From assembly GCF_009914755.1 (NCBI RefSeq), contig NC_060938.1: a stretch of 64,000 nt of DNA; one strand, 5' to 3'. This document shows, piece by piece, positions 40,136-53,059 of the stretch; positions within the stretch are counted from its first letter, which is position 1; every line of letters starts with the position of its first letter. Below the pieces are notes generated by a model. The model did no database searches. It had not been told where the DNA came from and saw only the letters and a list, made by a program, of their open reading frames with translations. Source of the DNA: the human T2T-CHM13v2.0 reference genome, Homo sapiens. A program made the translations under genes and the position numbers.

Positions 40136-41439
40136 TTCTGGAACTACCCAGGGGAGAGCCAGACAGGAGAGAGATGCAGTGGGTCAGAGACAGAGGCAGG
40201 GAACGAGGACGAGGAGACGCATAGTTGGGAGACAAAGAGTGAGGAGCAAGGGAGGAGGAAGAAAGGGGAAGAGGAGAAGTAAAGGCAACAAAGGAGGGAA
40301 GGCAAGACAGCAGGAAGGAAGAGGATGGAGTGAAAGAGAAGGGAAGAAGGGGAGAGAGGAGATGAAGGAGTTGATGTAAAAGGGCTTTGGAGAAATCAAG
40401 GTTTGGTGCTGAGCTTGTGGCAGCATTTGGGGATAGCAGGTGTCTGGCTGCTGGATACTGTGGGGTGGGGCTGGGGATACAAAGGGCCAGGGTACAAATG
40501 AGCCAACAAACAAACACAGAGGCATGCGGGCAAGCCCTGGGCAGAGATATACAACAGAAGAGAGCCCTTCCTCCTGGTCTAGGGAAGAACGTCCCATTTC
40601 TGGAATAGGTCAAATGTCAAAGACAACACATACACAGCCACATGCACTGAGCATCCGGGATGTGACAGGACATGGCCAGGCACCTACTCTCCCACCCGTG
40701 TGTTCACATCTCATGCCTCAGAGTTAGGGGTCCAGAAACATGACTTGGTCTGTTCCTCTAAGGGGAGAATCATTTTTGTTTCAGTGGCCCATTCCCCTTG
40801 GAGGATGTGGATTTATGATGGCCACAGCATGATTTCTCACTGATTCAAACTCAGGAAACCTCAGGATGCCTTTACACGCACTTCGAATATTCCACAAGGA
40901 AATACATCTCAGTATACAAGGTGCCACGGGGTTGAGTCAAGGTTCTGGAGGTCTGACTGGTGCTAAAGATGGGAAGGACACCAGTGGTCCCCAGGCAGTC
41001 CCCCAGCTTCCCTGGTACCTGCCAAATTGCTCATCACCCCAGCTGGGTCAGTCTTCCCAGGCCACTGTGGCTGGGTGGCCCTCAAAGTTAGCTCAAGTTC
41101 AGCCCCTTCCAGACCCATGTGCTATGGAGGGAGTGTAGGAGAAGGGCAGAGAAGGGGCTGTCAGATTCTTTTTACTTTTTGGAGACTCTGCTACCCAGTA
41201 GGATGTTCCCCGAGAGACGTCTCTGTGGGACGGCTCCCCGAGGCCGGGCTGCTTTCCTGGGCTCCTTGCTGGAGGCAAAACACAGGTTCCTCTACTTCCT
41301 GCCCACCACCTGCCCCTTCCCAATCCGACCTGGAAGGTGGGCTGTGGCCAGGCCAGGCCCCTCCTAGGTTGCCCTCTGCCTCATGGGCATGCACACATGC
41401 ACACACACACACACACACATACACACCCCAAACTCCATC

Positions 41440-41812
41440 CAAGATGTGTCTATTCCTTCCCTCCCCTTGAATATGGGGTGGCCTAGTGATGGACTTAACA
41501 ATAGAATGCAGTGGAAATGATGTCCTGAGACTTCCAAGGCTAGGTCATGAGATGCTTTGTAGCTGCCATGTTGTGAGGAAGTCCAAGCAAGCAACACCCA
41601 GGGCCCCCAGAGCATCTAGCACCAGGCAGAGGGGTGAAGACACCCTCTCGGAGGTGGATCCTTCACCTGCAGCTGCCACAGCTAATGCCACGTGGAGCAG
41701 AGACAAACCACCCACAACTTCCTGACCCATAAACCACAAGCTATGATAAAAGGGTTGTTTCGTGCCACTGGGGATTGAGGTAGTTTGATATGTAGTAATA
41801 ATCAACCCAGAC
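41440..41812 (+). mobile_element. MLT1-family LTR
   Basis: MLT1-like body (gacttccaaggctaggtcat) and 3' end; boundaries approximate. Confidence 0.65.
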
Positions 41813-42454
41813 ACTCACCAAATATTCACTGCGGTCTCAGCTGCATGCTCCTCAGCTCTCGTGTGCTACCCGTGAACTTTTTTCTGACTTTCCACTTGTC
41901 TTTGTTTCCATTTAAAAGAAGAAAAACAGATTCAAACTAAATTTTTTTTTACCTCACTCTTTACAAAAGAATGTAGTCCCAAGTCATTTCCCAGTTCTTG
42001 GGTTTATCAGACCAGAAGCTCCTTTTGGCTGAGATTCTGTCTTACAGGGGAATTGTGGTCCCTCTAACTGGAGGGACTCTTGGCTATCCTGGTGTTCAGA
42101 GCCCTCATTTACTAGTTCAGGCCCCAAGAGGTTCTGTGCCTTCTCTGAGATCACCTGGCAATTTGGGGGCAGAATAATTCACACATTGAAAGCCATGCCA
42201 GTGGGAACCATGCCCCATGGGATCAGACGCTGATGTCCTAAAGCACAGACACTCTCCTGACAAAGGCAGGGACAGCGTTCAAGCATCTGACTCGAGCCTG
42301 TGGAGGGCAGGCAGTGTGACCCAGAGGAAAGAGAACTGTGCTGGGATCTGGCCCTAGCTGCTCATTAGAATCATATTACACTTACCTATGCCTGCCCCAC
42401 CCCAGAGATTCTGATTTAAATAATCTGTGTCGAGGCCCAAACAGGACTGATTTT

Positions 42455-43470
42455 TAAAAACTTTTTATTAAAGTTCAGTATACCCACAAAAAAGTGCAAC
42501 TTTCACATATGTACAGCCCAGTACATTTTCACAGACTGGACACACCCAACATCTGAATATTACAAGCACCTCAAGAGCTCCCACCACCCACCACCTCCTG
42601 CCAGGGGTGACCACTCTCCTGACTGCTAGCAGGACAGGTTCCTTTGAACTTCATGTGAATGAAATCATTGCGTCTCGTTTCATTTAACAACACATTGCGA
42701 GACCTGCCCATATTGTTTCATGGAGTTGTAGATTGTTATTTTAATTGCTGTGTAGTATTCCATGCTATGAATATATCACAATTTATTCATTCTACTGTTG
42801 ATGGACATCTGGGTGGTTCCCAGTTTTGGGCGATGATGAAGAGTGTAGCTATGAACATTCTAGTACATGTCTTTTGGTAAATATTCATACTCCTTTCTCT
42901 TGGGTATACACCTAGGATGGGGATCACTGGGTCAGAGTTTAGGTCTTCTTTCAACTTGAGTGAAACTGTCACATGGCTTTCCAAAGTTGTGTCAGTTTGC
43001 ACTCCCATCAACCAGGCATAAGAGTTCCAGTCACTCTATATCCTTACCAACAATTGGTAGATTCCATCTTTTTTCTTTTTTTTTTTGAGATGGAGTCCTG
43101 CTCTGTTGCCCAGGCTGAAGCGCAGTGGTGAGATCTCGACTCACTGCAACCTCCACCTTCTGGATTCAAGCGATTCTCTTGCCTCGGCCTCCCAAGTAGC
43201 TAGGATTACAGGTGCCCACCACCACGCCCAGCTATTTTTTTTGTATTTTTAGTAGAGATGGGGTTTCACCATGTTGGCCAGGCTGGTATCGAACTCCTGA
43301 CCTCAGGTGATCTGCCCGCTTCAGCCTCCCAAAGTGCTGGGATTACAGACGCGAGCCACCGCACCCAGCCTCCATCTTTTTTCATATTATCTATTTTGAT
43401 GGGCATCCGTGGCATCTTGTTGCAGTTTTAATCTGCACACCCCTGATGACAAATTACGGTGAGCATTTGA
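42455..43470 (-). mobile_element. Ancient L1M 3' fragment (ORF2 C-terminus/3'UTR) interrupted by Alu
   Basis: ORF 42787-43011 (DPVIPILGVYP...CTRMFIATLFIIAQNW...CPS) is L1 ORF2 C-terminal-like. Confidence 0.85.
43069..43370 (-). mobile_element. AluS inserted into an L1 fragment
   Basis: Full Alu, TSD tccatctttt. Confidence 0.9.
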
Positions 43471-45196
43471 GCAGCCCTGGCCTCAGTGATCTCTGGAGCC
43501 TTTCCGGGGTCCCTAACTTTGCACAAGGCCCACCAGCTACCCTGGGAACAGCCCTCCAGGGAGGGTTTTTGTGGGGAAACAAAGGGAATAGAAGGGGAAT
43601 AAAAATGCAGAGGCAGAAACTATGCAACTGATCAACCTGCAAGGGAGTGGGAAGAAGAATGTGGCCACCACAGGAAAGCCCCAGGACTCACACCTGGAAC
43701 CAAGGTGGGTTTCACTCTCCCAAGCCTAACTAGAACCTGCCCTCCCTTACTCTACCCCCTCACCTGGCATTATCCTCCCTGCTGACCTATTCTATATTTA
43801 TCTCCCATATGTGCATTGCCTGTTTCTTCCATCTAGAATACTTTGTCCTTCTGTTCACTGCTGTGTGTCGGTGTCTATAGCAGTGCCTGGCACATAAGAG
43901 ATGCCCATTCCATAACTGTTGGACATGTGTGCCCACACTCAAGCCCACAGTCCCTGAGGCAGAATTGGGAAGGGCCTTGGTTCTGCCTGCCAACCCGAGC
44001 CTGGCCGGTGGCTACAAAGACACACACACACTTTAGGTCTCTCCCTTCCAGACATCCCTCTCTGTTTATGTCAGCCTGAATGCCCAGGAATAAAGGGGTG
44101 CATGTATGTATTGGAGAGGCCATTTGCAGGGCCCTATACCTAGTCGGGTCTAGGGGGAACCAAGACCAGCACATGTTTCTGTGACAGTGACACCTCTTCC
44201 AGAAGGAGGGAAGGAGAGTGGAGGAGGAAGAGCCAGCCAAGAGCCCCCGGGAGCTGAGCTGTGAGTCAACGCCAAGTCCTGGGCGGACTCCAGCCCAGCA
44301 ATGGAACATCATCCGCTAAAATAAGCACCCCTGCGATCCTGGCGTCCTGGCTCCCAGCCCTGGCTGCCTCTTGCTGTCAGTTTATTTTGGTTTCAAGTAA
44401 CCAAGCTGAAGATGGACAGACAAGAGTCTGATCTTCACCCTGGGCAGTGTTCTGAAGGGGGATGGGCAGAGGGCAGACTGCAGGGCATGGGGGAGGCCAG
44501 ACAAAGGCCCCAAGTCCTGGGAGGGAGGAAGGAGCATCCATGGAAGGGGAGGAGAGGATCCAGGGAAAGAGTGAGACGTCCTCTCTTCCTTCTTCAAAAT
44601 GGGCCTTTGCTCTGGAGCAATCAGGAACCAGCTCCCAGCTTACCTGCCAGCTCAGAGGGCCAAGCCAGGTCCCAGGGAGAGAAGACAGTGTTCCCCATTT
44701 ATCGAGAGCAGAGCAAGGGCAGAAGCCACATGCCTCGGATGGGAGAGAAGGGGCAGGGCAGCCTTCCAGCCTATGGCACTCTACCTGTAGGGGGACACCC
44801 ACTAAGGTGAGGATCCATTATCCAGCAATGTCCCCTAGGGACCGGTGAAGGGCTGCCCGCAGTTGGCTCAGGGTGGCAATGGAGGCCTCCCCTCCTGTGT
44901 CTCCTGCTGTGCCCAGGCCCCACTAGGCCTAACCCTGGCCCTGTTCTCTCCAACACCCACATGCATGTAGTGGGGGCACCAGTGGGATCTCATAAGCGTG
45001 TCACCCAAGTTAGCAGTTCTGAGGAGCAAAGTCCATTGCGGGACACTGGGCTGTTTGCAGCTGGCTGGGGGTTTCCTTCAGGCAAGAGTAGCTAAGAGAG
45101 AAGAGTGGGACAAAAAGAATGGGCAGAGCTATGACCTCAGCCTTCCTTGCAAGCCCCTGCTGTAAACCCCAACCCCTCATACAAATCTCCAGCCAT

Positions 45197-45333
45197 CCTT
45201 GACTGGTAAGCTGCCTGATTTAGCCACTATCCCTTGACTGGTAAGCTGTCTGATTTAGCCACTATCCCTTGACTGGTAAGCTGCCTGATTTAGCCACTAT
45301 CCCTTGACTGGTAAGCTGTCTGATTTAGCCACT
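45197..45333. repeat. 35-bp tandem repeat x4 (atcccttgactggtaagctgYctgatttagccact)
   Basis: Direct reading. Confidence 0.95.
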
Positions 45334-46345
45334 GTGCCTGCCCATTCCAGCCCTTAGTAAGGACCTCTCCACAGCAGAAGCCCTGGCCTGTGAAGCCCAG
45401 GACTGTCTCTCATGAATACCTTGCCCCTGGTGGGAGTGCCTACTTGGTCCTGGGCTTCCCGCTTGGGAGTGCGCTTGGTAAGCCCGGTGCAGATGGTGTC
45501 TTCCTTGTTGAAGATGCCACCCATGTGCAATCCAAGTTAGCACCGCCCCATCTAGTTTCTAGTCCAGGCACTGGAGTCAGATGATCCCAGTCCATTCCTT
45601 GAATGCTGTGGGCCCCCAGCTATAGCCCTGCAACTCTCTGGATTCAGCTTCCTCTTCTGAAACTGGGGGAGTGATGACTCTCTCCCACGGTTGTTAGGGG
45701 GATTAAATGAGATCCCAGGACTCCGTAGGAGATACCCACTAATCATACCTCTTCCTCCCCACCTGCTGTCTTCAGGCCTTAAGCTGCACTTTCCTGGAGG
45801 CCACTGGCTCTATTGTCTAGCCAAGTCACTTGGCCCCTCCAGGGCTCAATCTCATCCTGTCTGAATCACCCTTGGGAACTCAGGGACAAAATTAAACCCT
45901 GAGTGGCCCACAGGCCCAAGTTAGCTGCTGGGAACAGGTTTTCCATGAGCTGGAGCTCTCTGGTGCCCTTTGGCTGGGGGGAAAGGCCTCTCCCACACCA
46001 GTCTAGAGTGCAGCAGCCCAGCCTCCTTCGCCAGGGATGCGCTGTGGCTGGGTCGGACCCTACATGTCCTGCTGGATGCAACAGCTCCGGGCCATGTGGG
46101 CAGAGCTGAGGTCAGACCAGTCTCCTCCAGCACTAACTGTGATTGGCAGTTGGGAAGGAGGGTGCCTCGTGGACACAGTCCCTGGCTCAGCCATTCTACA
46201 GCCTGAGCTCGCAGGGAGCAAAACGATTCACCTGCTCCAGACAGGCAGCTGTTACCCATTTGGCACCTGTAGTGGTGGGGGGTGCCTCCAGCTGGAGGGT
46301 AACTGCTCTGAGCTTCACTTTTCACCCTAGGCCTTGCTCCCCAGG

Positions 46346-46721
46346 TGTACTAGTCTATTCTCATGCTTCTATGAAGGAATACCCAAGACTGGGTAATTTA
46401 TAAAGGAAAGAGGTTTAATTGACTCACAGTTCCGCATGGCTGGGGAGACCTCAGGAAACTTACAATCATGATGGAAAGTAAAGGGGAAGCAAAGACCCTC
46501 TTCACATGATGGCAGGAGAGAGAATGAGTGCCCAGCGAAGAAAGAAGCCCTTTATAAAACAATCAGATCTCGTGAGAACTAGCTCACTATCATGAGAACA
46601 GGACAGAGGAAACCGCTCCATGATTGAATTATCTCCACCCCGTCCCTCCCATGACATGTGGGGATTATGGGAACTACAATTGAAGATGAGAGTTGGGTGG
46701 GGACACAGCCAAACCATATCA
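46346..46721 (-). mobile_element. THE1 (MaLR) solo LTR, THE1C/D-like
   Basis: Minus strand begins TGATATGGTTTGGCTGTGTCCCCACCC and ends ...CA; 376 bp; 5-bp TSD CCAGG. Confidence 0.92.
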
Positions 46722-47806
46722 CCAGGGAATCCCAAGTGACTAGTGATGAGCATCGCAGGGGTGTCAGCCAGACCCTTGGTGAGGAAGGCCGGCATTCTGG
46801 GTGGGAGTCAGGGCTGAGATGCAGGGTTGGCTCAAGGGTCCTGATGACCTGAGGCTGGGCCATCTCTCCTTTTCCGTGCAGGTAGAAAGGGATGGGGCAG
46901 GCAACGCCCATTTACCAGCCCTCTCCTGGGATCTGGGCACTCGCACGGCCATCCTGCGAGGGAGGCTTTATCATCCTGATGTTACGGATGAGGAGCTGAG
47001 ACCCTCATGGGACTTGCCCGAACTCGGTGATGGTGGGATCTCCATCCACACAGCCTCCGTCCACACAGCCTCGGTCCTGCAGAGGACTGAAAGATCAGAA
47101 CAGCCAGGAATGTCAGACCTGGGAGCTCCTTGCAGTTCATGTTCCAACATCCTTTTCCTGAGGAAAGGGGAAGCGAATCTGGAGAATAAGAGGGGCTTGT
47201 CAGGCCTTTGTAGGAGCCATGACTTCCAGAAACCCACGGAGTGCTTTTCCATAGCTTCCTCCCATGATAATCTCATCATGCCATAGACCTTAAACCCAGG
47301 TTGTGGGGCACATTGGCAGGAACCTCACCACACTGGAGAAGGATGAGCCCAGACAGCAGGCTGGACTTTCTCATGGGCACATTCAAGATGCCTGCTACCC
47401 CCCGGAGACTCCCAGAAGTGCCTAGGGGTGAGGAGGTTGTGGTTTGCAATGGATCACAAGCCCCAGCAAGGATCCAGGGGCTTCAAGCCCAGGCATCTCG
47501 GGTGTCAGTGTCATTGTGCCTCATTGTTCCCAACCACAGGAGGTCAGGCTGGGGGCCACTCCCAGCACAGACTTGCTGGTAATGTGACTGCCCCAGATCC
47601 CTCTTCAGAACCCAGTGGCTAAGAGCCTAGAGTCTGAAGTCATCTGCCAGCTCAACCACTTGCTAGCTGTGTGACCGTAGAAAGTCTATTTAACTCTCTG
47701 CCTTGGCTTCCTGATATACATTGCAGGGAGGAGGAGAATAATATTATCCATAGCTCACAGGAAGTTTGCAAAGATTAAATTATATGACGTAGTACCCCAA
47801 GCATTC

Positions 47807-47972
47807 TGTGTATATATATGTGTGTGTATATATATGTATACACTCATATATATACAATTGCGTATATATTAATACAATATATACATAAGATATGTTATCA
47901 TATATAATTTATATATAGTATTCATATATTTATATATCCGTATATGTATGTTCATATTCATATATGTATATA
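47807..47972. repeat. (TA)n-rich low complexity
   Basis: Direct reading. Confidence 0.85.
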
Positions 47973-48061
47973 TCCCTTAGAATAAAGACTTATAAATGTT
48001 AGAGGTTGTTATTAGCTTAAACTTCCTGACAGAGACAGAGGGGATGGTGGTTGGCTGGAGA

Positions 48062-48278
48062 CAGTGGTTCTTCATTGGGGACAATTCCTGAAGACATTTT
48101 GGGTTGCCACAACTTGGGGGAAAGGGGAGGATGCTCTTGGCATCTAGTGGGCAGAGGCCAGGGGTGCTGCCAAACATCCTACAATGCACCAGGCAGGACC
48201 CATGCCTGCCCGCCCCCCGCCCCATGGAATTAGGGCCCAAATGTCCACAGTGCCATGGGGAGGAAGCCTGGCTGAAGA
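48062..48278 (+). mobile_element. MER20 DNA transposon
   Basis: cagtggttct...gcatctagtggg.agaggccaggg.tgctg..aaacatcctacaatgcac. Confidence 0.75.
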
Positions 48279-48602
48279 GCAGGGGCAGTGGAAAGTGGCT
48301 CTTAGGGAGTAGAACGGGGCATGGGCCAAGCTGACAAAGGAGTAGGTTTGGATTTCGGGAATAGCTGCCACCAGGAGAACTGAGTGGATTTCCACCGCCT
48401 TGTGACTGTTATATAATGGGATGATTCACTGAATGGGGCTCGTAAACCCGCTCTGAAGGCCACCAGCAGGGGGACACGTGGCTGTGGTTTGAGCAGCACA
48501 GAAAGAACAGCCATAGTGACCATGTGCAGGTTGGGGTCCTCCTTTAAGCAGGAAAGGGGAGCCCTAGGCAGGTCTCAGCCCTGCTTGTAGCTGGTGCATT
48601 CA

Positions 48603-48603
<1 letters not shown>

Positions 48604-48640
<37 letters not shown>
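48604..48640. repeat. (CA)n microsatellite, ~18 units
   Basis: Direct reading. Confidence 0.95.
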
Positions 48641-48642
<2 letters not shown>

Positions 48643-48740
48643 TGGTGCTTAGCTGACAGCACACCACACACGCATAGTTTACATTCTTTAAGTGAAGAGG
48701 TGGATTTAACCCACCAGTTAGTATGACAGTGGACAAATGA

Positions 48741-49038
<298 letters not shown>

Positions 49039-49615
49039 GAACTAGTCTTCTAAAAATAGTGAGTACCTACCTGTTGAAGTCTCCTGTTTTCTACAAATAC
49101 AACACTCCATCTCTTTCTTGGAGCACATGTGTGCAGGTGTGTGTGTGGTTGCCCCAGTGTACACGTATGAGCACATGTGAGATGTGTAAACTAACAACTC
49201 TACAGGCATGTGAGGCACCTCACATGTTGGAAAGGACTTGAGCCTAACCACCAGTGTGCTGCTCTTCACCCTTCTGGAAAGTTCTGACCCTATGCAAACC
49301 TTTCCCCTCTCCAGAGCCCTGAGAAATTGAGGAAGGGAGTGGACTGTGGAGCTCTTAGGAATACAGGCCCTTCCACACTCTGAGTGCCTCTGAAACCAGA
49401 TGAGCAACTGAAAGTTGCTGCATCCACCAATCTTTTTTCTCTGAGAATAAAAATTCTAATCATAAGTCAGTTGGAATTTAAATCAAGCATACCTAAATAT
49501 TTTCAAAAACAGAAATAAAAGATGGGATAATTATTTTGGAAGAGTTTGTGAATCCTGGGATGCAACCTCCTGTTCCACATCATTTCAAAATAATTGGTTG
49601 TTGGATAAAATTCAG

Positions 49616-49902
49616 CCTCTGGGCATGGTGGCTCACGCCTAATCCCAGCACTTTGGGAGGCCGAGGCAGGAGGAGTTTGAGACCAGCCTGAGCAACCTGG
49701 TGAAACTCCATCTCTACAAAAAGCATACAAAAATTAGCCAGGCATGGTGGCGTGCACCTGTAGTCCCAGCTACTCAGGAGGCTGAAGTGGGAGGATCACT
49801 TGAACCCAGGAGGCAGAGGTTGCAGTGAGCTGAAATTGTGCCACTGCACCCCAGCCTGGGTGACAAAGTGAGACCCTGTCTCAAAAAAAAAAAAAAAAAA
49901 AA
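49616..49902 (+). mobile_element. AluJ-type SINE with left-arm deletion
   Basis: Alu body plus poly(A). Confidence 0.85.
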
Positions 49903-51242
49903 GAATTCATTTAACAAACATGTTTGCTGCCAACCTTTGTGCAGACAGGTACTCTCATACACACTCGTGCACATGCATGGTCTTGTACGCACCTGGTAAG
50001 GTGACCTTCCAGGAAGCTCAGGGCCCCCTGATATGAGCTGACACTGGGTGAGGAAGGTGAGGGCATGAAAAGAAAGGGCGTTTGATATTGATATTTCTCG
50101 TGGTCCAAAGTGGCCATCTCCCCTTCACAGCTAAGAGATGGAAGCACAGAGACTTGAAAATATGTTTCTAGGTTCAGTCCGTTAATGCAGGGTCCAGATT
50201 TCTTTCTGTCTTTCCTTGCCCTTTCTCCCTTACTTCCCACTTTTCCTGGTGCCACTGAAGCCAGCCACATCCCCTCCAAACTGCACTGTCATAGCTCCTG
50301 GCCTGGCCCCTGAAGAGCGTGTGACCTGGGCAGTCACATCGACAGCCAGGGCTGTGCCCTGAGGGTGGATACACTGCAGCCCACAGGGCACTGCCAGCCC
50401 CGGGCTCTTGGGACGAGTGCTGACTGGATGCTAGTGCAGGGCCTGCCCGTGGCCCTCCTGGTGTTCCAGCTGGCCTCTCTGTCTTTGCCCTGCCCTCAGG
50501 GCCTCTGGGTTTATATTTCACAGCACTGCCTGGCCCAGTGGGATCAAATGTCTGCCGTGCCACACGTCCCAGGAAAGGACTGCAGAGGCCTTCAGATGAT
50601 CTCCACGCTGCAGTACCCAGAGGTCTGGTTTCTGACCCAGGTGCCTGTCCAACCCAAGGGCTGCCGTGCATTGCCTTTTGGGAAAGCCTGGCCTGGAGAG
50701 AATCAAAGCAGGTGACTGCATTTTGCCAGATCTTCTTGGTAGGGCCTCTGCGGCCTGTGTGGTCAGCCCCAGACGACTTGCGCAGCCTCCTCTTCCTCGT
50801 GGCTCTGCCTCTGCCCCACCGTCTGTCCATCTGTGTCTGGCCTGTTGAACCCTTTTGGGCTTGGAATGCCCTCTCCCTTGGGCCGTCTGGGCCCTGGGAG
50901 TGGCTGGCGTGGGGTTGGTGTGGGCACTGGGCCAGCAGCCTGGCTCCCTTCCTCTTCCCTCCACTCTCTGGAGGCGGGCAGCCCCAGGTCCTCACCTGTG
51001 ACGCAGGAGTCAGGACTGCAGCAGCTTCCTAACGGGCGGGAGTGAGGCTTCAAAGAGGTAACACTCCAGCAAGTCCGTGACAGGGGCTGCAGGAGACGAG
51101 TGCCCAGAAAGTGGAACTATTATTATTTTTATCCTCAAGGCACAAATTAAATGCCATGAGCCCTGCTAAGTGCCAGAAGCAGTGTCAGCTCCTGGAATAT
51201 AGACTTCCTACCCACAGGAGGTACAGCCTCAGGGAGGACAGC

Positions 51243-52270
51243 GCGGGAGGGAGGTGGGAAGGAGGGAGTGGGGGAGGGGAGGGGCCAGGGAGAAACAGTA
51301 GGGAGGTGGGGCATCTGGAAGGAGGAGTGAGAGGAGGGGTGAGGCCAGAGAGGAGAAGAGGGGTGGGGCCGGAGAGGAGAGGAGGGGATGAAAGGAGGGG
51401 ATGGGAGGAAGGGGGTGGAAGGAGGGGTGAAGGTCAGGGAGGAAAAGTGAGTGGTAGGGGAGTCTAGAAGGAGGAGTTGGAGGAGGGGTGGGGCCAGAGA
51501 GGAGGGAATGGGAGGAGGGTATGGGAGAGGGGATGAGAGAGGGGATAAGAGAGGGGATGAGAGAGGGGATGGAAGGAGGGGATGGGAGGAAAGGATGGAG
51601 GAGGGGATGGGAGGAGGAAATGGGAGGAAGGATGGAAGGAGGGGAAGGGAGGAGCAGATGGGAGGAGGGAGAGGAGGGCATGGGAGAGAGGACAAGAGAG
51701 GGGATGAGAGAGGGGATGGGAAGAGTAGATGGGAGGAGCAGATGGGAGGAGAGGATGGGAGGAGGAGATGGGAGGAGGGGATGGGAGAGAAGATGGGAGG
51801 AGGGGATTGGATAGGGGATGGGAGGAGGGGATGGGAGAGGGGGTGGGAGAGGAGATGGGAGAGGGGATGGGAGGAGGGGATGGGAGAGGGGGTGGGAGGA
51901 GGGGATAGGAGAGGATGGGAGAGGGAATCGGAGGAGGGGTTGAGAGAGGGGATGGGAGGAGGGGATGGGTGGAGGGGATAGGACGAGGGGATAGGAGGAG
52001 GGGTTGGGAGAGGGGCGGAAGGAGGGGATGGGAGAGGGGATAGGAGAGGGGTTGGGAGAGGGGTGGAAGGAGGGGTTGGGAGAGGGAATGGGAGAAGGGG
52101 ATGGGAGGAGAGCATGGGAGAAGGGATGGGAGGAAGGGATGGGAGAGGGCATGGGAGGAGGGGATGGGAGGAGGGGATGGAAGGAGGAGATGGGACGAGG
52201 GGATGGGAGACGGGATGGGAGCAGGGATTGGAGGAGGGAATGGGAGGAGGGGATGGGAGAGAGGATGGGA
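51243..52270. repeat. ~1 kb purine-rich degenerate minisatellite (GGGATGGGAGGAG-like)
   Basis: Direct reading. Confidence 0.95.
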
Positions 52271-53059
52271 GACAGCAACAGCAGAGCCTTAAACCAAGCA
52301 CTTCTGAGTGCGGGACGCTGTGTGCCTGCAGATCCATGAGATCCTGATACAAAGAGATTGTGTAAACTGCAATGTTTGGGGTCCATGCGAGAGATGGTGA
52401 GAGAGGGCAGGGGAGTCTCAATGAACACATGGGTAAATAGCACCCACCTTATGTAAAGTCAGGCCTCATCCTCCAGCCAGAGTTACTGAGATGCTTGACA
52501 GCTGCCGCAGACCCTAGGGAGTTAGATTGGCTATCCTCAAAATGGCCAGCCATCCCTTTAACGCTGTCCCAGACACCTGGCTCCCAGGTCAGAGGCATTG
52601 CAGCCCAGGACCCAGGATAAGAAGCACAGACTGTATGAAAATTTCGGGCTGCTCTGTGATGCAGTGACATCCAGCACTGGGTTGGATGTCAGAACACACC
52701 ACTTGCCTCAGTTGTCCAGTCCCATGCCTCTCCCTAGAGCAGATGCTGCTCAGAGCGTGGTGCTCCTATACATGCAGGAGCCATCAGTGGCCCTGGCATG
52801 CTCAGTGGGGCACATGGATGGCCTTTCTCCTCCACACCCTTCCTAGGAAGCCATCAGGATTTCATCCAGATGCAATGATTCTCCTGGCTTTGGGATACTT
52901 AGAATTGAAAGAGGTCAAATAATAGCCTTCAAACTCACATTGACCTTGTTCCTCATGCCCACCTGGGTCCCCAGGGCCCCCAAGATCAAAACCCAAGATC
53001 AAGACTCATTCTTAGTGAGTCTTGTAGGTCTTAGAGGGTCTTTGCTGAACCAGCCCCGA

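Larger units (their letters stand above)
38677..40814. repeat. Inverted repeat pair, arms 38677-38864 and 40631-40814, ~88% identity
   Basis: Manual alignment; ORF track shows QAPTLPPVCSHL on opposite strands in the two arms. Confidence 0.93.

Noticed and set aside
38677-40814. Autonomous DNA transposon (TIRs plus ORF)
   Set aside because: No TSD seen, no DDE/transposase features in the interior ORF, and the interior appears to be host promoter; kept only as an inverted duplication
45197-45333. CRISPR-like appearance of 35-bp repeats
   Set aside because: No spacers, no cas genes, human DNA; simple tandem repeat
50505-50715. Possible distal plus-strand first exon (TTATATTT, donor CAG|GTGACT at 50711)
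   Set aside because: Motifs too weak to support from sequence alone
51147-52443. 427-aa and 404-aa Pro/Ser-rich ORFs and opposite-strand Gly/Glu ORFs
   Set aside because: Artefacts of the stop-poor purine minisatellite
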